The translations under genes were made by a program, and so were the position numbers. From an uncultured Pseudobdellovibrionaceae bacterium (GTDB taxonomy: Bacteria; Bdellovibrionota; Bdellovibrionia; Bdellovibrionales; UBA1609), in the NCBI GenBank assembly GCA_963803705.1, contig CAWDNU010000004.1, forward strand, positions 1-64,000: a stretch of DNA of 64,000 bases, written 5' to 3'. Position 1 is the first letter of the stretch. Every line of letters starts with the position of its first letter. The notes under the pieces are model-generated. The model was given only the letters and a program-made list of their open reading frames with translations. It was not told the origin of the DNA and ran no database searches. Below, piece by piece: positions 50,460-60,499 of this stretch.

Positions 50460-51763
50460 TGATAGGTTTTATCCAGTGCTCGTAAAATTTTATTGGCGGC
50501 CAAATCTAGAACTTCTGGGGTATGTGCGTACCCAATAAAACCTACTTCATATCCATTTGGAGCCATAAAAACCTTTTCTTCTAAAAGATTTTTAAAGAAA
50601 ATTTTAAAAAACTCTTTGTGCCCATCAGGTATTTGAGGAACAATTCGAATTGGTTCTTTGGTTTTTTGAACAAACCAAAACAAACTTCCATAGCGAACCA
50701 TTTGAAGTGGCCAAGAGTTTGAATCAAGTTCTGTATTTATTTTATTCTGAAAAACCCCAGCTCTTTCCTCTAAAACTGCGTGTACGTCAAGATCTGCCAT
50801 TTTTTTAAGTTGAGCATGGCCTGCAGCCATACCCAAAGGTGATGCACTTAAAGTTCCTGCTTGGTAAACTGGCCCTAAAGGGGCCACAAAATCCATAAGC
50901 TCTTTACGTCCACCGTAACAACCTACAGGCAGACCGCCTCCAAGAACTTTGCCATAAGTCACTAAGTCAGGTTTTAACCCGAAGATTTCTGCCATTCCAC
51001 CGAAACTTGTTCTGAAACCAGAAATCACTTCATCAAAAATAACCAGCACGCCGTTTTTCTGTGCGTATTCAGTTACAAACTTAATGTACTCAGGACGCTG
51101 TGCAAGCAAACCAAAGTTGGCAGGTAAAGGTTCCAAGATAACTGCCGCTAAAGAATCTTTATTTTTATCAATACACTCTTTGAATTTTTCTTCGTCATCT
51201 AAGGGCAACACAATAGTTTGCGAAGCCATAAACTCACTTACACCAGCTGAATCAGAAGCAGTTGAACCTGCCAAACCACTTCCAGCTTTCACCAACAATG
51301 CGTCAACATGTCCGTGATAGCACCCCTCAAACTTGATCACCTTATCTTTCTTGGTGACTCCCCTTGCAACTCTTAAAGCGCTCATTACGGCCTCAGTTCC
51401 GCTTGATACAAATCTTAGTTTGTCTACTGCAGGAGAATAGCACTTTACCCACTCCGCTAGCTTTAAAGAATAGGGTTCACAAGTGCCTGAAGTCCACAAG
51501 GTGTCGACCATAGCTAGAACAGCTTTTTTAACATCTGGGTCTTGGTGGCCAAAAATCAGGGGACCGAAGCTTTGACAGAAATCAAGGTATTCATCACCCT
51601 CTACACTTGTGATTTTAGCACCCAATCCTGACTTAAAAAAAATCGGCTTGCCACCAACATTTTGAAACCCTCTGACTGGTGAATGGACACCTCCTGGGGC
51701 AACTAGTAGGGCTCGCTCAAAAAGTTCTTCAGAATTTAGGTCTTCTATTGGTTTTATGTACAT
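50456..51763 (-). CDS. hemL: glutamate-1-semialdehyde 2,1-aminomutase
   Basis: PGGVHSPVR, SGTEA, YHGH, FDEVISGFR and GKVLGGG motifs; ATG 51763 overlaps the hemC stop. Confidence 0.97.
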   Translation of the reverse strand: MYIKPIEDLNSEELFERALLVAPGGVHSPVRGFQNVGGKPIFFKSGLGAKITSVEGDEYLDFCQSFGPLIFGHQDPDVKKAVLAMVDTLWTSGTCEPYSLKLAEWVKCYSPAVDKLRFVSSGTEAVMSALRVARGVTKKDKVIKFEGCYHGHVDALLVKAGSGLAGSTASDSAGVSEFMASQTIVLPLDDEEKFKECIDKNKDSLAAVILEPLPANFGLLAQRPEYIKFVTEYAQKNGVLVIFDEVISGFRTSFGGMAEIFGLKPDLVTYGKVLGGGLPVGCYGGRKELMDFVAPLGPVYQAGTLSASPLGMAAGHAQLKKMADLDVHAVLEERAGVFQNKINTELDSNSWPLQMVRYGSLFWFVQKTKEPIRIVPQIPDGHKEFFKIFFKNLLEEKVFMAPNGYEVGFIGYAHTPEVLDLAANKILRALDKTYQ

Positions 51764-53310
51764 TGTTCTATAAAATCCTCTTCGTTTAAACAAAAATAGA
51801 TTTGTTCTGGGGTCAAATATTTTTGTAAGGTTTCAACTGTTCGACCTAAGCCGCAAAAATGAATTTTAGACTTAAGCTTAGGATAAACTTTAAGCGCAGA
51901 CTCAAAGCCGTGCCCGCTCATCCAATAAAAGCATTTTTTATTTTCAAAATTTTGTGCTGCAAAATCTTTATCCACTTCATATTTTAAGTCATAAGTGGCT
52001 TTAAGCACAAAGGGTTTAATACCATTTTCAGGAGCAGAAGAATTTGAAAGCCAAATATATTTTTTTGACCCTAAAAAGTTAAAGTCTGGCTTGTGGTCTA
52101 TGCCCAAGCCGTCCAGCGTTCCGTTCACCCAGAATCCCTCATGAGCTAATTTAGCCCACGTTTTTAAGCCTGAAGCCCAAACTAAGGCTTCACTTGATTT
52201 TAAATCATCAAGCTTAGCTTCATATCTCGATACAACCACTTCGCTTTTTTCAGTAATTTCTAATCCGTCTGAAAAGTCAGCAGCTAGGAATATGCTTTTA
52301 CTTCTTACTGAATGAAGCTCTGCCTGGGAAAACACTTCATCAAAGCTAAAAGATTGATTTAGAACCTTTGAAGGGTAAAATTCTTTAGTCTGAAAACTTT
52401 TATTTTCAAAAGTCCCTTGTGAATAAAACAGGTCGCCTTGCGGTAGACCTAAGGCTGAAAAGCCCATTGCTTGATGACATCCTCCCCCATACTTCTTATG
52501 AGTCTGGCGCTCCTTTTCAACAAGGTTGGCTTGCACACTGCTAGAAATAGATTTTACATCCGGTAAAAATGGGTTTGTCTTAAGAATTTCTAAAGCCAGG
52601 GCACCTTGTGCCGCCGCCGTGGGAAACTGTGATAACGGTAAAACCATAAATTTACAACTTGCAAAAACATCTAAGACCTGGGATCTGATCAACTTAAACT
52701 CATCAGCACAGTCTTGATCTTTTGTACCCATCAACCGGTCTACTGCAGCCTTAGCAACAACAAAACCATCGGCTTTAGATTCTAAAAACTTTGAAAATCT
52801 GGTAGGTATATTGCCACGAATAGGTTTGAAGGTAAGGCTTTCACATTTGAACGGCAGTAAATCTTTTAATGATGCCTGAAGCTGATATTCGCGCCTAGGG
52901 CTAGATGTTAGAAATTTTAGTGTCGTTAAACCTAATGATTTTTTTTTTAAGAACAAGAGGTCTCTTTGATCTTCTCTTTCTGGCAAAGTAAAAATCAACG
53001 TGTCAGGATCATTTTCAATTGGTAGATCTTTCCAAGAGTGAACCACAAGGTCACACCTCTTATCTTTTAAAAGCTGTTTAAATTCCTGTGTAAATACGCC
53101 TTTTGAATTCGTTTCTTTCAAATCCATATCTAAATTTAGGTCACCATAAGAGGGCCTATTAAAAAAAGATATTTTTAAATCTGAACTTTTTTTTTTCATC
53201 TTTTCACTGACAAAAATAGCTTGAATGCGGGCAAGATCACTTTGTCTTGAACCGATAACGATGTTTCTTTTTTTCGGATCTAAACTAGGCACTGATATCG
53301 TCCCAGCCAA
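51754..53310 (-). CDS. hemC: hydroxymethylbilane synthase with a C-terminal extension (probable HemD-like domain)
   Basis: GSRQSDLARIQ, VHSWKDLP, TSSPRR, RGNIPTR and GGGC motifs; about 200 extra C-terminal aa. Confidence 0.9.
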   Translation of the reverse strand: MAGTISVPSLDPKKRNIVIGSRQSDLARIQAIFVSEKMKKKSSDLKISFFNRPSYGDLNLDMDLKETNSKGVFTQEFKQLLKDKRCDLVVHSWKDLPIENDPDTLIFTLPEREDQRDLLFLKKKSLGLTTLKFLTSSPRREYQLQASLKDLLPFKCESLTFKPIRGNIPTRFSKFLESKADGFVVAKAAVDRLMGTKDQDCADEFKLIRSQVLDVFASCKFMVLPLSQFPTAAAQGALALEILKTNPFLPDVKSISSSVQANLVEKERQTHKKYGGGCHQAMGFSALGLPQGDLFYSQGTFENKSFQTKEFYPSKVLNQSFSFDEVFSQAELHSVRSKSIFLAADFSDGLEITEKSEVVVSRYEAKLDDLKSSEALVWASGLKTWAKLAHEGFWVNGTLDGLGIDHKPDFNFLGSKKYIWLSNSSAPENGIKPFVLKATYDLKYEVDKDFAAQNFENKKCFYWMSGHGFESALKVYPKLKSKIHFCGLGRTVETLQKYLTPEQIYFCLNEEDFIEQCT

Positions 53311-54232
53311 ACGGACGATGGTTCATCGTCGAAATATAAGACTGTCCAGACTCTTTTATAGCTACCAATGCATCTTGTTTTTTCTCTTTGGCTAGCAAAT
53401 TGCCTTGTTCTATCTCGCCAAAAACTTCTGCTAAAACTTTAAGGTTTTTATGTTCAAATTGATTTAAAGATGTTGAATCGCGGAAGTCTATGACTAAATC
53501 GTAAACAGAAAGGTCGTATTTTTTCATATCAATAGGTGCACAAATGAACAGTGCTTTAGGAGCGATTGCAGTCTGTGGTGTGTATTCAGACGTGGTTCTT
53601 AAAGACCACTTCGAAGACTCAAATATGGATGCATATTTTTCAGGCGAGCGGGTATACACATGTGTGTGGATATCTAGTTTTTCTATCCAGGGCTTCAAAC
53701 TTTGAACAAACTGACCAGCACCCAAAATATCTAAAGATTTAAATCCAACCAAATGCTTTCTAGCTAAGCTACCATAACTGCTAGAGCCTAAGTTTTTTAA
53801 GTGATTAGACCTAATATTTTTGGTGTCAGCCATCAGTGAATGGATAACTTTGGATAGCGCGCTTTTGGGATCAAGCTTCTTTAAAACTTGGTTTTTGAAT
53901 TGACCAAAAACTTCAGTCTCTCCTATCAAGGGTGATTTTAAACCACAAAAAACTTCAAGCAGAAACTCGTATGCTATTTCGTCTTTAAGCACGTCTAATT
54001 TTGAAAATGAGTTTAGTTGAGTCGGCCCTGAAAACAAATGGGATAAATCATTATAAGAGATCCAGATCTTTCTTAAACAAGTTTCAAAATATAGAACATC
54101 TTCTGAAACACCTTTATAAATATCTTGAAGCGTGGGATTATCATCTAAGTTTTTATCTAAAGATTTAAGAAGATCAAAATGGTTTTGACCTTCTTTCTTC
54201 AAAAAATGATACACGTTCAAACGACTTTCCAC
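53285..54232 (-). CDS. hemA: glutamyl-tRNA reductase-like protein (short form)
   Basis: ETCLR, GLKSPLIGETEVFGQFK and LGAG motifs; first gene of the heme operon. Confidence 0.8.
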   Translation of the reverse strand: MESRLNVYHFLKKEGQNHFDLLKSLDKNLDDNPTLQDIYKGVSEDVLYFETCLRKIWISYNDLSHLFSGPTQLNSFSKLDVLKDEIAYEFLLEVFCGLKSPLIGETEVFGQFKNQVLKKLDPKSALSKVIHSLMADTKNIRSNHLKNLGSSSYGSLARKHLVGFKSLDILGAGQFVQSLKPWIEKLDIHTHVYTRSPEKYASIFESSKWSLRTTSEYTPQTAIAPKALFICAPIDMKKYDLSVYDLVIDFRDSTSLNQFEHKNLKVLAEVFGEIEQGNLLAKEKKQDALVAIKESGQSYISTMNHRPFGWDDISA

Positions 54233-54264
54233 TCTTTAAATGTAAACCAAATAATATCTTACAG

Positions 54265-54282
54265 TGTCACAGAAATGTCATA
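54265..54282. promoter_or_regulatory. candidate OmpR/PhoB-type direct-repeat operator upstream of hemA
   Basis: TGTCAC-AGAAA-TGTCAT: TGTCA half-sites with an 11-bp period, 33-50 bp upstream of the hemA start. Confidence 0.45.
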
Positions 54283-54398
54283 ACTTCTTGATTTTGCTTG
54301 TTTTTTATCTTAAAAAATTGCTAAATTTGTATCAAAACTAGAATTTCGCCCTGTTTTGATACGAAACTTCTAAGCAATAAAACTTATCAAGAGAACAA

Positions 54399-54851
54399 TT
54401 ACTTCATAGTGCAAATCGCAAAGGCTTTGCCAGTGGATATCACCTGATCAGTTACGATATCTAGCTCGTAATCGGTGAACTCTAAAAGAAATTTGCCATC
54501 TGTAGTTTGTTTTAAATAAGTTTGAGTGCGCTCTTTTTCTACCACTTCACCGGTATTTTCATCACGGTAAGTGTTCTCGTAAATTGTCTTTAAAGAATTA
54601 GCTTCTCGCATAACCTTATACTGACCACCTTCGCCATCATTGATCCATTTCATGTTTCCGTCGATTAAAAAAATAGTCTCGATACTGACGTTATCGTCAT
54701 CGTAAGCAGCCATGTATTCATCAGTTAAATCAAATTTAAAAGTATATGACTCGCCATCCTCAGCTATGTTGCACTCATAAGTTCCATTTTCTATGTCTGC
54801 AAAAGCAGCTGTTGAAAATAAAAGTACGAAAGTTAGTATAATTGATTTCAT
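54399..54851 (-). CDS. hypothetical secreted acidic protein
   Basis: Signal peptide ending AFA; SD GAGG. Confidence 0.75.
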   Translation of the reverse strand: MKSIILTFVLLFSTAAFADIENGTYECNIAEDGESYTFKFDLTDEYMAAYDDDNVSIETIFLIDGNMKWINDGEGGQYKVMREANSLKTIYENTYRDENTGEVVEKERTQTYLKQTTDGKFLLEFTDYELDIVTDQVISTGKAFAICTMK

Positions 54852-55083
54852 TTGTAACCTCTTATTGTTTGATTTTAATTGTATCTTTCTGAAGAAGGCT
54901 AGGACAATATCTTTTGGTTTACAAGTTATATAAAAAGCTTACGTATTGCATGCTTAAAAATGTAACCGATAGAAATGCAGCCGCCAAAAATTGATGCGAT
55001 AAAGTCTACAGCTTAATGAGCTTACTGTACTTGGCTCAGTCGAACCAGGCCAAAAAGCACAAGACGGCCAATCAGATGCCTAG

Positions 55084-56106
55084 CTATAATCTGTTTGACT
55101 TACCCCATTGTTCTGCGAAGTAAGTGAATATCAAACTTGCACCTGCCCTTTTGATGCACAACAAAGACTCATGAATTGCAGCATCCTCGACTAGCCATTT
55201 ATTATTAAAAGCTGCCATTAAACTAGAGTATTCACCGCTAACTTGGTAGGCCGCAACCGGAGCTACATTCATCTGCCTAATTCTATAAATAATATCCAAG
55301 TAAGTTCCCGCAGGCTTTACCATCAAAAAATCAGCGCCCTCTTTGGCATCTAGAAGGGCTTCTCTGATGGCTTCATCTGAATTCGCCGGGTCCATCTGAT
55401 AAGTTTTTTTGTCCCCTGCTTTCGGCGCTGAATCGAGAGCGTCTCTAAAGGGTCCGTAAAAATGTGATGCGTATTTTGCAGTGTAGCTAATAATTCCGGT
55501 ATTTTTGTAACCATTTTTTTCTAAGGCCTGCCTGATCTCAAACACCCGCCCGTCCATCATATCTGACGGAGCTATAAAGTCGGCGCCATGCTTAGCATGA
55601 ATTAAAGACATCTGCGCCAGTATCTCGCAGGTCTCGTCATTTAAAATTTCACCCTTTTCAGACACGAGTCCATCATGCCCGTCGGAAGAATAAGGATCTA
55701 AAGCCACATCTGTAATGATCTGCAATTTAGGTGCAGAGCGCTTCACGCAGTCAATGGCTTCTAAATAAAGCGAGTCATTTAATGCCACCGAAGCTTTTGA
55801 ATTCTTATCTTTATCTTCTACATGGGAAAAAAGTGCGACTCCAAAAAGCCCTAACTCTTGCAAGCTTATAGCTTTTTTTTTCAGATCGGGTATCGACAAG
55901 CGAGACTGACCAGGCATAGATTTTATATCTTCGGTTTTGTTGGAAATAAATAGAGGCTGGACAAGATTTGAAGCTCTTAATTGGGTTTCTTGAACCGAGG
56001 ATCTAACTGCAAAATTTTTGCGCAGGCGTCTTGGCCGAACCAGCTTTATGCTTTCATTTTGACTCACTAGGTACTCCATATGGTTGATATAACTAATTAT
56101 AATCAC
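55084..56106 (-). CDS. hemB: porphobilinogen synthase (likely start ATG 56079)
   Basis: RPRRLR, DVALDPY, SDMMDGR, YGPFRDA and MVKPA motifs. Confidence 0.97.
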   Translation of the reverse strand: MIIISYINHMEYLVSQNESIKLVRPRRLRKNFAVRSSVQETQLRASNLVQPLFISNKTEDIKSMPGQSRLSIPDLKKKAISLQELGLFGVALFSHVEDKDKNSKASVALNDSLYLEAIDCVKRSAPKLQIITDVALDPYSSDGHDGLVSEKGEILNDETCEILAQMSLIHAKHGADFIAPSDMMDGRVFEIRQALEKNGYKNTGIISYTAKYASHFYGPFRDALDSAPKAGDKKTYQMDPANSDEAIREALLDAKEGADFLMVKPAGTYLDIIYRIRQMNVAPVAAYQVSGEYSSLMAAFNNKWLVEDAAIHESLLCIKRAGASLIFTYFAEQWGKSNRL

Positions 56107-56200
56107 CTTTAGACTTTGACGCCAAGGTATAAAAGCTTTAAAAAATTTAACTCTTAGATCTGCTCTTCTAGTTAATTAATCAATCAGGAGTTTTTTTTAA

Positions 56201-56977
56201 ATGCCAAAAGACAATTTACTTTCATGTGGTGGTTTAGTCTTGTTTTTGGCTTTCATTTTAGTATTTAGCTCTCCGAGGACAATTTTAGCTGCTGAAAAGT
56301 GGTCCAGCGAAAGTGAGTTGGGTTTAGTTGTCAACACTGGGAACGCTGAATCTCAATCTGTATCTATCAAAAACTTTACCCAGTACAAGCTTACAACTAA
56401 AGACACTTTTAGTTTTAAAGGTGAGTACTTCCAATCTGAAGGTTTAGACGACAATGATATTAAGATTCTTACGTCTGAAAACTCACTTCTTGAGTTCAAA
56501 TACGAAAACCTTGTAAGTGAAAGGATGGGTGTTTTTGCTACTACAAGCTGGGCTAAGGATAACTTTAGAGGTTTTGAACAGCGTTTAGAGGTTGGACCTG
56601 GTTTATCTTATTATTTTATTAAATCTGATTTAGCAAACATACTTACTGAACAAGGTTTTTTGTATAGACAAGACACATCTTATCTAGAAGGTCCAGGTTC
56701 AGGTGAAACACGAAATGTTAATTTCTATAGAGGCTTTTACGAGGGAAATAAAAAATTTAGCCCAACATTAAGTGGAAAATTTTGGTTAGAAACAAAGCTT
56801 AACGTAGAAAACACAGAAGACATCGAGGTTCGTATCGAGCCTTCGTTAAGTGTAATGCTTTATGGCAATTTTTCATTAGGTTTGGCCTACCGATATAGCT
56901 TTGACAATGTACCTCCCAAAGCGGGATTATTACGTGTCGACACTATGTATATGACGACATTGAAAACTAAATTTTAG
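56201..56977 (+). CDS. DUF481 family outer membrane beta-barrel protein
   Basis: Signal peptide, ELGLVVNTGN, GPGLSYYF and C-terminal F. Confidence 0.8.
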   Translation: MPKDNLLSCGGLVLFLAFILVFSSPRTILAAEKWSSESELGLVVNTGNAESQSVSIKNFTQYKLTTKDTFSFKGEYFQSEGLDDNDIKILTSENSLLEFKYENLVSERMGVFATTSWAKDNFRGFEQRLEVGPGLSYYFIKSDLANILTEQGFLYRQDTSYLEGPGSGETRNVNFYRGFYEGNKKFSPTLSGKFWLETKLNVENTEDIEVRIEPSLSVMLYGNFSLGLAYRYSFDNVPPKAGLLRVDTMYMTTLKTKF

Positions 56978-56991
56978 ATTAAGGATATTAA

Positions 56992-57201
56992 ATGGGATAC
57001 TTAAGTTCAATTGCAGGTTTTTTAGTAGGTAAACCACCTCAAATTTTTGATAAAGATGGGACGGTAAGACATCACCATCCAAAAAAAAAGTGGGAAGACT
57101 GGCAAGCCCGGTACACTCATAACAGTGATTACAACTGGCGTAATCACAGTGGTAATAAACGAGGCGACATAGGTCAGAAAGATCCAACTAAAAATTTTTA
57201 A
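56992..57201 (+). CDS. small hypothetical protein
   Basis: 69-aa ORF with SD AAGGA directly after the DUF481 gene. Confidence 0.6.
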   Translation: MGYLSSIAGFLVGKPPQIFDKDGTVRHHHPKKKWEDWQARYTHNSDYNWRNHSGNKRGDIGQKDPTKNF

Positions 57202-57218
57202 ATTTTATTCTTTGCGAC

Positions 57219-58487
57219 TTAAGCACCGTGCATTTTAAGTGCTTTTAAAATAGCGCTTTTTGTAAGGTCTTTGTCAGTCAATTGAAGCTCATAAGCTAAG
57301 TTTAAACACTTTCTTATACTCGGCCCGGCCGGAATTCCCATTGCTAGTAAATCTGCTGCATCTACTTTTTTTACTGGTGCCGAATCAAGTTTTTGCAAAA
57401 GACTTATTAAACAGTTTTTTTTGTCGTCACTTAACTTGAACTTAGCCAAGAATTCATGTGAGACAAAAAGCTCTAGCTCCCTCGGGTTTAAAAAGTCTAG
57501 GCCAACTCTTATTATATAACCCACGCGTTCTGCGGCTAAGCTATTATCTGCACGCCAGGATGAAAGTGCGTTTAGAAAATACAAACCGTTTTCCAATTTT
57601 AGCTTCTCGGTCTTGCTGAAAGGCAATACTTCTTTCCAATTTGCCAAATAAGCTTCAATATCTTTTTGAAAAAAAGACAGATCTAAAATAAATAAAGTTA
57701 AAGCAGAATCGAAGTGTTCTAGCTTCATAGCTCTGGTTTGAAGATAGCCCAAATGGTGAGATAAATCTTCAGAGTTTACAAAATCATCAAAAAGTTTTTC
57801 TTTTATCAGCAGTGGTAAAAGCCTATAAAAAAAGTCGCCTTGGATCATTTTTTTAAGCTCAGCGTACTTTCTATTTGATGACACTAGGGTCAAACTTGTC
57901 CAGTTTTCTATGGCCGCAGCCCTGGTTAAGGGGTCTACTTCAAAACCTAGTTGACTGGCAAATCTAAAGCATCTTAACACTCTTAAAGAGTCTTCCTTAA
58001 ATCTTTCACTTGCATAACCTACGGTCTTGATAAGCTTTAAATTGATATCTGCAATGCCATTCTGGGGATCAAAAATATTACCCTCGCTATCAAGGTAAAT
58101 AGCGTTGATCGTGAAATCTCTTCTTAAGGAATCTTCAGCTGCAGTTTTCGCAAACTTAATGTGATCGGGATGCCTTGAGTCTGTATATACGTCTTCTGAT
58201 CTGTAAGACGTTATTTCGAATTCTTGTCCACTTCCGACGAGAACCTTAACTGTTCCAAAACGCTCGCCACTAGTTAGATGCTTTGGAAACAAAATTTTAA
58301 TGTCCTTAGGTCTTGCGTCCGTTGCTAGATCGAAATCAAAGGGTTCTTTGTTCAACAAAAGATCTCGTGCAGCGCCCCCAACAATAAACGCTTCAAACCC
58401 AGCTTGTTCTAAAGCCTTCAAAACTTTGAAAACCGCCGTTTTTTTTACAATATCTTTAAAGTTTAGTATTTTTTTTTGCTTGAACAC
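57219..58487 (-). CDS. cca: CCA-adding tRNA nucleotidyltransferase
   Basis: VGGAARD, DFDLAT, RRDFTINA and EDSLRVLR motifs. Confidence 0.88.
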   Translation of the reverse strand: MFKQKKILNFKDIVKKTAVFKVLKALEQAGFEAFIVGGAARDLLLNKEPFDFDLATDARPKDIKILFPKHLTSGERFGTVKVLVGSGQEFEITSYRSEDVYTDSRHPDHIKFAKTAAEDSLRRDFTINAIYLDSEGNIFDPQNGIADINLKLIKTVGYASERFKEDSLRVLRCFRFASQLGFEVDPLTRAAAIENWTSLTLVSSNRKYAELKKMIQGDFFYRLLPLLIKEKLFDDFVNSEDLSHHLGYLQTRAMKLEHFDSALTLFILDLSFFQKDIEAYLANWKEVLPFSKTEKLKLENGLYFLNALSSWRADNSLAAERVGYIIRVGLDFLNPRELELFVSHEFLAKFKLSDDKKNCLISLLQKLDSAPVKKVDAADLLAMGIPAGPSIRKCLNLAYELQLTDKDLTKSAILKALKMHGA

Positions 58488-58511
58488 TTATAAAACTATA
58501 AGCTGACGCGA

Positions 58512-59534
58512 ATGAAAGAACAAATACATAGCGCGCTCGAACAATTGCAATTTGCTCAAATTGGTTTTTCAGCAATGACAAAGCCTAGATCCCTAAGTTT
58601 TTACGAAAATTGGTTGGATGAAGGTCTAAATGCCGACATGGAGTACCTACAGACTCACCTACCACAAAAGCGAGATGCCAAGTCTTTGCTGCCCAATGCA
58701 AATTCAGTCATTTCTGTAACAATTGATTACTTTGAACATCCAGAATTCAAAAAACTGACAAACTTAAAGATCGCATCTTATGCGAAAGGGGAAGATTACC
58801 ACTACTTCTTTAAAAAAAAATTAGAAACCGCAGCGTTGATTTTGAAGGATATTTTTCCAGCTCATCATTTTGAAGCTTTTACGGATTCTAAACCTATCCT
58901 AGAAAGAGACTTTGCCCACCAATCAGGATTAGGTTGGTTTGGTAAAAATACGATGCTGATTCATCAAAGCCATGGCAGTTATTTTTTAATTGGAGAGATA
59001 CTAACAAGCTTGGTTATTAATGCTGATAAAGCCTCTGAGCATCCAGATCGCTGCGGGACCTGCACAAAGTGTATCGATGCCTGCCCGACACAGGCTTTGC
59101 AGCCTAAAAAATTAGATGCTAAGAAATGTATCTCATATTGGACCATCGAAAGTAAAAAAATTCCTGAAATTTCACTAGCACAAAATTTTGGATCTTGGTT
59201 TTTTGGGTGTGATATCTGCCAAGATGTATGTCCCTGGAATATTAAGATACATAGCGAGCAAAGAATATTGGTCAAAAATGAAACTAATAGAAAAGACGTA
59301 ATCCTTGAAATTATGGAAATCTTAAAGGCTTCAAATAAATCACTTGAAAGAAAATTTTACGGTACACCACTTAGCCGCGCCAGAGGATTCGGTCTGAAAC
59401 GAAACGCTTTGATGGTGGTTTTAAATATAAAGGCTATAGAGCTTAAAGAAGAACTTGAACAGCTTGATCTTAAAAACGAAAAGCTAAACAATTTCAAAGT
59501 TCTAATTTTAAATAGCTTAGGACCAGATACGTAA
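58512..59534 (+). CDS. queG: epoxyqueuosine reductase
   Basis: DYH, GLGWFGKN, CGTCTKCIDACPT and FGCDICQDVCPWN motifs. Confidence 0.95.
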   Translation: MKEQIHSALEQLQFAQIGFSAMTKPRSLSFYENWLDEGLNADMEYLQTHLPQKRDAKSLLPNANSVISVTIDYFEHPEFKKLTNLKIASYAKGEDYHYFFKKKLETAALILKDIFPAHHFEAFTDSKPILERDFAHQSGLGWFGKNTMLIHQSHGSYFLIGEILTSLVINADKASEHPDRCGTCTKCIDACPTQALQPKKLDAKKCISYWTIESKKIPEISLAQNFGSWFFGCDICQDVCPWNIKIHSEQRILVKNETNRKDVILEIMEILKASNKSLERKFYGTPLSRARGFGLKRNALMVVLNIKAIELKEELEQLDLKNEKLNNFKVLILNSLGPDT

Positions 59535-59654
59535 TGAAACATATAGCTTTTGTCTGACAAGCGAGCCAGGAATACGAAAGGGTCTGTAAATTATTTTGTG
59601 TATGAGTGACATCACCACTTCTTGTTTGAAACAATCAAACAAGGAGAAGACTAT

Positions 59655-59795
59655 ACGCCAAAAAACTAAGACAACAAATTTCTATTTGATCCCGAGGAAG
59701 TAAACACAGCACTAAAACAAGCCAAGACAATCGATGACCTCTTTTCAGAAGGTGCTGCGCTTTTGGAAATTAATGAAAGAGATAATGTACACTAA
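59655..59795 (+). pseudogene. N-terminal remnant of an IS256-type transposase
   Basis: SD AAGGAG, then ACG in place of ATG, an in-frame stop, and FDPEEVNTALKQAKTIDDLFSEG... just inside the IRL. Confidence 0.55.
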
Positions 59796-59840
59796 AGAAT
59801 TTCGCTTTCCGTACAGATTGAATGTGAATAATGAAAGCAT

Positions 59841-60059
59841 CTGTTTCAGGAATTTCCAGAGATAGAAAAGGTTGGAGCTCACCTAGCTCAGGATAAGGCT
59901 AGAATTGATTTGAAGTGGTCCGACAACATTTCTGAGCTGATTCCTGAAATTCAGGAATCAGCTCAGAAGATTTACTCATCGCCGCCGATCATCAGTGATT
60001 TCAGCGATAAAGACTCCGAAAGACGATACTGGAAAATTGAAGAGTTCTCTCAGGTGCCA
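59841..60059 (+). pseudogene. internal fragment of an alanyl-tRNA editing (AlaX-like) protein
   Basis: LFQEFPEIEKVGAHLAQDKARIDLKW...ERRYWKIEEFSQVP, ending where CGGTH would follow; no start codon. Confidence 0.65.
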
Positions 60060-60062
60060 TGG

Positions 60063-60170
60063 ACCGATAGCTTCCACGGGACAAGCTTCAATGGCCTCTT
60101 GGCACATCTCAATTTCTTCTTCTGAAGTGGGCTGTTTAGTTAAAAAGGCATGACCGTCATCTTCATCAAA
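60063..60170 (-). pseudogene. C-terminal fragment of a single-cluster ferredoxin
   Basis: FDEDDGHAFLTKQPTSEEEIEMCQEAIEACPVEAIG; the N-terminal CxxCxxC is absent. Confidence 0.75.
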
Positions 60171-60193
60171 TATCCGACGCCAGTAACCTTTAG

Positions 60194-60499
60194 TTAGGCT
60201 GCCTTCGTCTTCTTAGTCTTCTTAGTCTTCACTTCAAGCTTAATATGTAGCGCAGTCAAAATTTCAACCATCTTATCAATAGTCATGTGGCCAACCTGGC
60301 CAGAGAAAATCTTGGATACACGGTCTTGGGTTAATCCTTCGACCATGCTGGCTAGTCTTCTCTGGCTGATATTTTCCTTTTTACAGACGTCTTTGATAGA
60401 CCCAATAAGCTCTTTTTTGATTTGAAAAACTTGGTAATCAATTCCCCAGCTTTCAGCTAATTCTTTCATATTCATGGTTTTTAATTTTTCTGTGCTCAT
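60194..60499 (-). CDS. XRE-family HTH antitoxin (HigA-like)
   Basis: ISQRRLA...LTQDRVSKIFSG HTH, downstream of and coupled to a RelE-like gene. Confidence 0.82.
   Translation of the reverse strand: MSTEKLKTMNMKELAESWGIDYQVFQIKKELIGSIKDVCKKENISQRRLASMVEGLTQDRVSKIFSGQVGHMTIDKMVEILTALHIKLEVKTKKTKKTKAA

Noticed and set aside
55031..55083. CTCAGTCG with TTGGC/GCCAA after the hemB stop as another core copy
   Set aside because: Only one short terminus matches; no GCTCG end and no arms
59910..60125. 71-aa ORF as a functional gene
   Set aside because: Chimera of an AlaX-like fragment and antisense ferredoxin sequence
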